8,793 nucleotides of DNA from an uncultured archaeon (GTDB lineage: Archaea; Asgardarchaeota; Jordiarchaeia; Jordiarchaeales; Jordiarchaeaceae), in the NCBI GenBank assembly GCA_964510585.1, contig CAZECW010000165.1, forward strand, positions 1 to 8,793, read 5' to 3'. A program made the position numbers and the translations under genes. Below the pieces are notes generated by a model that saw nothing but the letters and a program-made list of their open reading frames with translations, had not been told where the DNA came from and ran no database searches. Below are positions 1-5,626 of the stretch, piece by piece (the stretch's first letter is position 1; every line of letters begins with the position of its first letter).

Positions 1-61
1 TGATTATCAGGGTGATCAGGAGAAAGATTATTATACCTTGGAGGAGAAGTATTTCTATCAT
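1..61 (-). CDS. Possible N-terminus of a membrane or secreted protein running off the window (MIEILLLQGIIIFLLITLII...)
   Basis: ATG at 61 followed by 20 almost entirely hydrophobic codons, co-directional with the SDR. The plus-strand frame 2..144 is also open, so this is ambiguous. Confidence 0.3.
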   Translation of the reverse strand, partial: MIEILLLQGIIIFLLITLII

Positions 62-73
62 GTTTTCCACCAC

Positions 74-120
74 GGGGGTAAGAATACCCTTCCCTCCACT
101 ATAAGGGTATCCCTACCCCC
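74..120 (-). other. 18-bp imperfect inverted repeat / RNA hairpin with 11-nt loop
   Basis: 74-91 GGGGGTAAGAATACCCTT and 103-120 AAGGGTATCCCTACCCCC. The two mismatches are G-U pairs on the minus strand and A-C on the plus strand. Confidence 0.75.
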
Positions 121-131
121 AAAACTCATTT

Positions 132-230
132 TCAAATACTGGTGAAGGCGGTAAATTTCTTAAAGGATTCAGGGAAGTCTTCTGAGAATTTCAGGAAAGC
201 TTTCAGAGCTTCTTCTCCCTTGGAACCCAT
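132..230 (-). CDS. Small 32-aa ORF MGSKGEEALKAFLKFSEDFPESFKKFTAFTSI (small protein or truncated gene)
   Basis: Perfect SD GGAGGTGA (235-242) 4 nt before the ATG and abutting the SDR stop codon; amphipathic composition. Below the ORF-track size cut-off. Confidence 0.5.
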   Translation of the reverse strand: MGSKGEEALKAFLKFSEDFPESFKKFTAFTSI

Positions 231-242
231 AATTTCACCTCC

Positions 243-1034
243 CTAAAGGCTTTTTTCTTCGCCTCTGCGGCGTCCACCGGCTGCCAGCAGTCCCCCATCC
301 ACAACTAAGGTTATACCGGTAACGTAGGAGGCCTCCTCAGAAGCAAGGTAAAGTGCGGCGTAGGCGGTGTCCCAAGCCGTCCCTATTCTTCCAAGTGGTA
401 TAGATTGCCTTAAAAGGGCACGCCTCTCCTCCGTCATTATTGGGGCGACCATTGGTGTGTCAAGGAATCCCGGTGCAATACAGTTAACCCTTATCCCATA
501 CCTTGCCAAGTCGACGGCCATACATCTTGTCATGTTTATTATTGCGGCTTTTGTTGTGCCGTAGGTTAGGCTGGGGTGAGCCACAAAGCCCGCTGCGGAG
601 GAAATGTTAATTATAGCTCCTCCACCGCCCTTGATCATTACTGGCACGGCGTGCTTTGACATGAGGAGGATGCTTTTCAAATTCGTGGCAATTACTCTGT
701 CCCACTCCTCCTCGCTTACTTCGAGAACCCCCAGGCCGCTTGCTATGCCGACAACGTTGACGAGTACGTCCAGTTTACCGTACTTCTCCACGGCGAAGTC
801 GACCATGCGTTTTGCATCCTCACTCTTCGTGGCATCTCCTTGAATGGCGGCAGCATTACCGCCCTCCTTACGTATCATGCTTACGGTTTCCTCAGCTGAG
901 GATAGGTTTATGTCAGCGCACACCACCTTGGCTCCCTCCCGAGCGAAGAGGATCGAAATAGCCCTTCCGTTCCCCACACCCGGACCGATGGAGCCAGCAC
1001 CAACAACCAGCGCCACCTTGCCATCAAGCCTCAA
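243..1034 (-). CDS. Short-chain dehydrogenase/reductase (classical SDR, NAD(P)-dependent oxidoreductase)
   Basis: Gly-rich VVGAGSIGPGVGNG nucleotide-binding loop, D-x-LVNVVG, catalytic S...YGTTK, VNCIAPG, and VTGITLVVDGG tail. TTG start with GGAGGGAG SD at 1041-1048. Confidence 0.95.
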   Translation of the reverse strand: MRLDGKVALVVGAGSIGPGVGNGRAISILFAREGAKVVCADINLSSAEETVSMIRKEGGNAAAIQGDATKSEDAKRMVDFAVEKYGKLDVLVNVVGIASGLGVLEVSEEEWDRVIATNLKSILLMSKHAVPVMIKGGGGAIINISSAAGFVAHPSLTYGTTKAAIINMTRCMAVDLARYGIRVNCIAPGFLDTPMVAPIMTEERRALLRQSIPLGRIGTAWDTAYAALYLASEEASYVTGITLVVDGGLLAAGGRRRGEEKSL

Positions 1035-1071
1035 AACACACTCCCTCCAAAAACTCTTTTACAAGTTTTAA

Positions 1072-1086
1072 CCCCCTTATAGGGGG
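1072..1086. promoter_or_regulatory. Palindrome CCCCCT-TAT-AGGGGG upstream of the SDR; possible operator
   Basis: 6-bp arms about 40 nt upstream of the SDR start and just downstream of a TATA-like TTTAATAT (minus strand, 1101-1108). Confidence 0.3.
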
Positions 1087-1345
1087 CTTCAAGCTCGACA
1101 ATATTAAATCGATTCAGTACGGTTTTTTAAGTGTTTCAATCTTATAGGCACGCTTTAAAGATAGGAACCTTTTTGATATTTAAATTTATTCAAGTTTTTG
1201 CTTGCTAAAAATACTCAGTGGAGTGGAGAAGCTCTCACCTCTACTCCAGATTTTGCTTAAAAAATGAAAAAGTTCAATAGTGTGATAGGCCGGGAACACT
1301 ATTGTATTTTCATATTCCAGATTTGAGAATGAAATGCATGTTTAA

Positions 1346-1522
1346 ACCCATTTTTCGCAGATTCTGCGAAGTTCTCTGCGGCGCTGAACTCCTCCCAGAG
1401 CAGAGGCGAACCATGTGGAGGCCTTCCAACTTGTAATTGTGAGTCTATGGATTTAGCGCGGCTCAATCTTAGAAAAGCCCGCAAACACCACCGTAGGATT
1501 CACAAATGTGCGAAAAATGGGT
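1346..1522. mobile_element. MITE 1 (177 bp), ACCC...GGGT termini, possibly IS982-like
   Basis: Perfect 14-bp TIR ACCCATTTTTCGCA (1346-1359 / 1509-1522), extending to 17/18; 5-bp direct repeat TTTAA on both flanks (1341-1345, 1523-1527); no transposase. Confidence 0.8.
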
Positions 1523-1553
1523 TTTAAAAGTAAATCTTAGTAAGTTGAGAGTC

Positions 1554-1967
1554 CTAGGTCAGAATCTTTAAACCAAACTCTGAAAGCCTTTCGAAATGCT
1601 TTAAATTCAAAGTATATAGAATTAGGTCTTTTGAGATTGCAATTGACGCGATCAGTAAATCTGCGTCTTCTATAGGTTCACCCCTTTCTTTTAACGTGGT
1701 GTAAAACTTGCAATAAGTCAATATGACATCGTTATCTATACCAACAATTTGAAAAATATCCTCTAGTAAGGTTTTTAATCTTCGTCTTCTCTCTTCAACT
1801 CTATAATACCTTAGGAACTCGATTAGGGAGATTGCGGAGAGGTAGCTATCTTCCAATAACTCGAGCTTTTTTGTTCTTGAGTATTCCACAAGAACGGAAG
1901 TATCAACAAGTACTCTCTCTGAACTTGAAGGACTTCCTGAAGCCTTCGGCTTCCTTTTTGAGTTCAT
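1554..1967 (-). CDS. vapC: VapC-type PIN-domain ribonuclease toxin (start uncertain)
   Basis: VLVDTSVLVE, LIEFLRY, PIEDADLLIASIA and YTLNLKHF PIN motifs; lies downstream of and overlaps a small antitoxin. The nearest in-frame start codon is ATG 1967 (others at 1979 and 2006). Confidence 0.88.
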   Translation of the reverse strand: MNSKRKPKASGSPSSSERVLVDTSVLVEYSRTKKLELLEDSYLSAISLIEFLRYYRVEERRRRLKTLLEDIFQIVGIDNDVILTYCKFYTTLKERGEPIEDADLLIASIAISKDLILYTLNLKHFERLSEFGLKILT

Positions 1968-2094
1968 CCCAATCGACATCCTCCACAAGCTTGTAGAATT
2001 CTTCAAACTTCTTCTTTTTCTTTAGGTAATTCCTGATTAATTCTTTAATCTCTTCCTCGGTAACGCCTTCGGGGACATCAATAACTATTTTCAT
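1903..2094 (-). CDS. vapB: Antitoxin (VapB-like), 63 aa MKIVIDVPEGVTEEEIKELIRNYL...
   Basis: Small charged protein directly upstream of and overlapping the PIN gene; N-terminal beta-strand plus helix pattern; SD-like GAGTGTGA before ATG 2094. Confidence 0.75.
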   Translation of the reverse strand: MKIVIDVPEGVTEEEIKELIRNYLKKKKKFEEFYKLVEDVDWDELKKEAEGFRKSFKFRESTC

Positions 2095-2142
2095 CCGATT
2101 CACACTCATCATATAAATTTTCAATCCTCGTTACTGAGGAAT

Positions 2143-2156
2143 ATTTTAATTAAAAT
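2143..2156. promoter_or_regulatory. Perfect palindrome ATTTTAATTAAAAT upstream of vapBC (TATA or operator candidate)
   Basis: 14-bp self-complementary sequence about 50 nt upstream of the antitoxin start. It is AT-only, so it could be chance. Confidence 0.3.
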
Positions 2157-2339
2157 TACCGATAAGCAGTGTTTAAAGATTGCATTCCCTTTTACAAGAT
2201 TTTTATCGTCTCATTTTTTTACTAATTCAATCTCCCGAAAAGAGATTGCTTTACACAATTTCTTATTTTGGAGGTTTATAAAGACTTTCAGAGGATTTCA
2301 TTCGAAAAATAGTAAAAAAATTAGCTTCCATGTGTGTAT

Positions 2340-2526
2340 TTATCTTTTTGTCCATGCGGGGGTTGGGCTCTCTGCCATTTTTTGGGCCGGGTTGAATCCA
2401 CGCGGTTCCCATGTGGCCAGCAAAGCCATGATTGTCTCATAGATTCAGGTTCCTTTCCCGTTTCTGAAGATCCCGATGATTTTCCGCTGGACAACAGGTT
2501 CCTTCAACACCCTCTCGGCCCTATTG
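2340..2526 (-). pseudogene. IS66-family transposase C-terminal fragment
   Basis: Minus frame reads NRAERVLKEPVVQRKIIGIFRNGKGT*IYETIMALLATWEPRGFNP...AWTKR*. This matches the IS66 (T)NNxAERxLRxxVxxRK..G..R motif, with an internal TGA and the 5' part missing. Confidence 0.85.
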
Positions 2527-3035
2527 TAATACTGTTGAAAAATTTCTCTGTTTTGTAGAGGTGGGGTGGTTTAGATTGTGGATGAATGGTTGGTGTTTGA
2601 GTAAGGGCTAGGGAGAAATCTGTTTGTATAGGTCACCTGAGTTTCTTCATTGCCTGCTTTGAATTATCTTCTTTGAGTGCGTTTATTAGTTTTTCTGGAA
2701 GTTTTTCCAATTTTCTACAAATTCTTAACATGGTTTGCTGGAACAGGTATAATGGGGTATTCCCTCCCTGGTTTCACCGAGGTAGAACCCTTCGAGGTTT
2801 TTCTCTTATTTGCTTGGCAGATATTCCCCCCCATCACACTTTAGCATCATTTTTACCACAATTAGTTGTTTAGTGGTAAAATAAAATTTTTCCACCAATC
2901 ATCTTCGGTGAAGTGAATTGTTTGATTTCACTATTTTTTGAGACTAATCGGGAAATTAGCTTTATTTGAGTCTCCTTCCAGAGGCGGAGGCGAGTTAATC
3001 TATGCCACCTGATAGCATATTTGGTTATTTTTATT

Positions 3036-3048
3036 TTTGTATTACAAA
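3036..3048. promoter_or_regulatory. Palindrome TTTGTA-T-TACAAA, candidate RHH autoregulatory operator
   Basis: Lies 20 nt upstream of the RHH/UPF0175 gene start. Confidence 0.35.
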
Positions 3049-3067
3049 TATTATAGTTGGTGATAGA

Positions 3068-3391
3068 ATGTCGGAGATTCCGCCCAAGAGGATGATTTCA
3101 ATAAGGTTGGATGAGAATCTTCATAAACAGATTCAACAGTATAGTAAAGAGAGGGGAGAGTCGAAAACAAGGGCGATGATTGAACTGATAAAGCTAGGGT
3201 TGGAAAAGTGGAGGATGGAGAAAGCTCTTGAGATGTACCGGAATAGAAAGGTTTCACTGTGGAAGGCTGCAAGCATAGCTAATGTTTCACTATGGGAGAT
3301 AATAGACAAAATCAAGGAGTACGGCATCTACATTGACTACACTGAAGACGAGTTAGCGGAAGACCTTAAAGCTCTGAGTGAGAAAAAATGA
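3068..3391 (+). CDS. UPF0175-family antitoxin with N-terminal ribbon-helix-helix domain (107 aa)
   Basis: MISIRLDENL RHH strand-helix; ALEMYRNRKVSLWKAASIANVSLWEIIDKI...YTEDELAEDL UPF0175 pattern; GGTGA SD before ATG 3068; ATGA overlap with a following PIN start. Confidence 0.88.
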   Translation: MSEIPPKRMISIRLDENLHKQIQQYSKERGESKTRAMIELIKLGLEKWRMEKALEMYRNRKVSLWKAASIANVSLWEIIDKIKEYGIYIDYTEDELAEDLKALSEKK

Positions 3392-3443
3392 AAGCTGTCA
3401 GCAACGCCTCTCCTCTAATACACTAGCGAAAATAAACAAATAA
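3388..3443 (+). pseudogene. 5' stub of a DUF3368-type PIN toxin
   Basis: MKAVSNASPLIH, then a 1-nt deletion (CAC TAG); the shifted frame continues LAKINK and stops at 3441-3443. Confidence 0.75.
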
Positions 3444-3450
3444 GACTTCA

Positions 3451-3561
3451 CTTGCACTAAAGTTAAACTGTCCAATTTGGTCGAATGACGGGACGTTAAG
3501 GGAACAGAATGCTGTTAGAGTTTACACGACGCAGGAAATAATACAAATACTTAGAATTTGA
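3451..3561 (+). pseudogene. 3' fragment of a different PIN-domain family gene (COG5378-like)
   Basis: LALKLNCPIWSNDGTLREQNAVRVYTTQEIIQILRI* matches the ALxLxCPIWSND..L..Q..V.VYTT.E.I C-terminus of archaeal PIN proteins; no start codon or N-terminal half. Confidence 0.7.
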
Positions 3562-3726
3562 GATTTTGCTCTTTCGTAACTAGAATGGCGAATTGGTGAA
3601 GAGGATGAAAAGAGGATAAAAACTGATACCCACGGAAAAATTATTTTGTCGCTTGAGTCTTCCTTTACGGCTTTTTTGAGAAATGTTTGATTTCTAGTGT
3701 TTTGTTGTAGGTTTATTTTGATTTCA

Positions 3727-4146
3727 TTATTTTTGGTCTGAAACTCTTTTGACGCCTTTTAGCTTGTCGAAGTCTCTGTCAAATGAGTATATCTCTTTTA
3801 CTTCGTTATTCATCATGATTACCTAGGCTATTGCATCATTTAACCCGACTTCATCTTCTTTAGCAGTGTTGAATTCTCTTAGACAGCCCTTCCTATTAAC
3901 GTTGAAAATTTTAACGTTTTTTGCGAATAACAAAAATTCTTCGACTTTGCATCTTTTAAGGGTAGATAGCTTTCCAGTAAATTTGCTATTTCCGACAGCT
4001 GCACCACAGTGGTGCCGACCTCTTCCCCCTGACTTATTCTGCTGACAATTCTTTTCGCTACTTTTATGTCTACTTCATGGGGCTTAAGTTCCCCTCTTTG
4101 GTTTTATAAAAGCGTGGACAAAAACGCTTGCGTCAACGAACCTCAA
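3727..4146 (-). pseudogene. vapC: VapC PIN toxin pseudogene (2 frameshifts, 1 nonsense)
   Basis: Reconstructs as MRFVDASVFVHAFIKPKR/ELKPHEVDIKVAKRIVSRISQGEEVGTTVVQLSEIANLLESYLPLKDA/KVEEFLLFAKNVKIFNV...GLNDAIA*VIMMNNEVKEIYSFDRDFDKLKGVKRV. Lesions at the G4 run (4091-4094), around 3950, and TAG 3823-3825. Confidence 0.88.
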
Positions 4147-4379
4147 GCAGCTCCCTCTTTAAGGATTTCCAGTTGGAGAGATCGGTTTTCACATCGACTT
4201 CCATTTTGTCAAAGAATTCTCTGAGATCAGCCAAACTGTAGGGCTTTATAGTGATGACGTCACCCTTTATTTGCATAGATACCTTCCCATCCTTGGCGTA
4301 CTTTTTTTCTCCAATTTTTAGGCAACACCAATCTTCCCTGTTCATCCAATTTTTTAACTATAACCATATCTGATAACAT
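4133..4379 (-). pseudogene. AbrB/MazE-type antitoxin, frameshifted
   Basis: MLSDMVIVKKLDEQGRLVLPKNWRKK (AbrB DxxGRxVLPK motif) joins KYAKDGKVSMQIKGDVITIKPY...LKRELLEVR only if one A is removed from the A7 run (4302-4308); overlaps the toxin TTG. Confidence 0.82.
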
Positions 4380-4401
4380 ACCAAAAAAATAAAATTGGAA
4401 C

Positions 4402-4415
4402 TATTTAAACTTCTC
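4402..4415 (-). promoter_or_regulatory. BRE + TATA box of the AbrB-VapC operon (leaderless geometry)
   Basis: Minus strand GAGAAG-TTTAAATA; the first T of the TATA box is 30 nt from ATG 4379. Confidence 0.55.
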
Positions 4416-4426
4416 CAGATTAGTTT

Positions 4427-4592
4427 GAGACCTTGCTTTGATTATGTGGTTTGCCTTTTTCCAGGCAGTTTAGGGTAACCTGCGCCCCTGTCCTTATAGG
4501 CTCTAAATTTGGAAAAGAAACATTATGAGGCTTTTTTTGAGAACGCCAAACAACCACACAAGCACCCAGCCACATAATCAATACAAGGTCTC
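4427..4592. mobile_element. MITE 2 (166 bp) with GAGACCTTG termini
   Basis: 23-bp TIRs, 21/23 identical (4427-4449 / 4570-4592); flanked by a 9-bp near-duplication GATTAGTTT (4418-4426) / GATCAGTTT (4593-4601). Confidence 0.8.
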
Positions 4593-4648
4593 GATCAGTT
4601 TGGCGCAATGTTCCTCGTTAGTGAATTTTTGTAAAAAATGGGGGGTTA

Positions 4649-5012
4649 ATGAAAAAAATTTGTACGGGAGGGAGGTACCGTTATACCAAAAAGGTGATAA
4701 ACTGTATGACGCAAAACAACAGTACCTCCCACAGATTACGGCTTCATCCCTGTCGGTTCTCTGCCCAACATCATCCTACATGGAGAATACTCGCGAGAAG
4801 AAGAAATAAGGCTTGCGGCTGAAACCCTAGTTAAGAAGCTCAGCCTCCCAACCGGAGGAGACCTGCCACCAAGACTCTACCACATACTGACAACAACCTT
4901 CGGCGCCCCAGACGACCAGTCCAACATGCTAAAAGGCCTGGAGGAATCCCCCCAGGAGGTGAGAGATACAGGAGGGGCAATACTGTTCGAAAGATTTTTT
5001 TGGCCATTTTAG
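4649..5012 (+). pseudogene. Frameshifted hypothetical protein (~110-120 aa), family unrecognised
   Basis: LYGREVPLYQKGDKLYDAKQQYL joins, by restoring one C near 4730, a 100-codon open frame (4710-5012) PTDYGFIPVGSLPNIILHGEYSREEEIRLAAETLVKKL...ERFFWPF* that is absent from the ORF track because it lacks an early start codon. Confidence 0.45.
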
Positions 5013-5127
5013 TGAAGGAAAATTTTGTGATTTGTGACTGTTTTTGATGAGAAAACCGAGTTAAAGTACGCAAACAGGCCTCCAGACACGCCCACTTAGC
5101 CCCCTCAACTCAATCTTTCGAACAGCA

Positions 5128-5373
5128 TTGGAGTTCAGGGCAGGAGATTGCGTAGGGGGAGTCCTCATCTTCCGCAGCTTTAGGGAGGGGGAAAGGTACA
5201 GAATCGAGTACAATACCCGCGGAGTCGCCACAACCCGGAAAATTAAGTTTCTCAAAATCCACAGATTCGGCAGAAGACGTATGGAACAGTACGTTGAAGC
5301 CTACTGCTACCTGAGGAAGAGGAAGCGAACCTTCAGGCTAGACCGCATAACCTTAATCACTCCCATTCACTAA
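5128..5373 (+). CDS. Stand-alone WYL-domain protein (true start uncertain; 5' end probably lesioned)
   Basis: YRIEYNTRGVATTRKI...QYVEAYCYLRKRKRTFRLDRI is the WYL signature. The frame is open from 5065. Upstream candidates are ATG 5047 (with in-frame TAA 5062) or GTG 5034 (with a frameshift near 5094). Confidence 0.8.
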   Translation: MEFRAGDCVGGVLIFRSFREGERYRIEYNTRGVATTRKIKFLKIHRFGRRRMEQYVEAYCYLRKRKRTFRLDRITLITPIH

Positions 5374-5566
5374 CGAGGAACATAGTGTCTGCGCCGCCCC
5401 ACAAAAAATTTTTAAATAATTGTTACGTGTACTTTCATATACTACTGATAAAGCACGTGAGGGTGAAAATTCGAAAAATAGTTGTTCTCATCCATCTTTC
5501 TTTGAGCATCCGGATAGATCGGAAGGGAGGCGTGGCCCCCTAAAACCGTGGAGCCGCGCTCTTCTT

Positions 5567-5586
5567 GTAGAAACTTTAGTTTCTAC
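5567..5586. promoter_or_regulatory. Palindrome GTAGAAAC-TTTA-GTTTCTAC, candidate operator of the surface-protein gene
   Basis: Perfect 8-bp arms, 40 nt upstream of the start codon. Confidence 0.4.
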
Positions 5587-5626
5587 TCGAAAAAATCAAT
5601 AGAAAAAATATAATTGAGGAAAGAAC

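Noticed and set aside
243-1034. Calling the SDR fabG
   Set aside because: The motifs define the SDR superfamily only; the substrate cannot be inferred.
367-1071. Plus-strand ORFs 367-564, 604-843 and 844-1071
   Set aside because: Antisense shadows of the SDR, with no motifs.
1299-1484. 61-aa minus-strand ORF
   Set aside because: Runs through the MITE and its TIR; not an independent gene.
2214-2320. 11-bp inverted repeat TTTTTTTACTA/TAGTAAAAAAA enclosing a 7-bp hairpin (2228-2248)
   Set aside because: Low complexity and no target duplication; not enough to call a third MITE.
2334-2873. Plus-strand ORFs 2334-2558 and 2673-2873, a minus frame NTPLYLFQQTMLRICRKLEKLPEKLINALKE..., and a 9-bp inverted repeat at 2851-2881
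   Set aside because: The first ORF is antisense to the IS66 remnant. The minus frame looks protein-like but has no credible start or recognisable family. The repeat is short and AT-rich.
4420-5255. Track ORFs 4420-4608, 4525-4809 (5' part), 4840-5073 and 5061-5255
   Set aside because: They lie inside MITE 2 or antisense to better-supported frames; only the 3' part of 4525-4809 is used in the reconstructed pseudogene.
2300-5482. 14-bp direct repeat ATTCGAAAAATAGT at 2300-2313 and 5469-5482 as possible att sites
   Set aside because: AT-rich and plausible by chance; no integrase or tRNA nearby.
5420-5602. 60-aa ORF
   Set aside because: No SD or motif, and it overlaps the presumed promoter region of the surface-protein gene.
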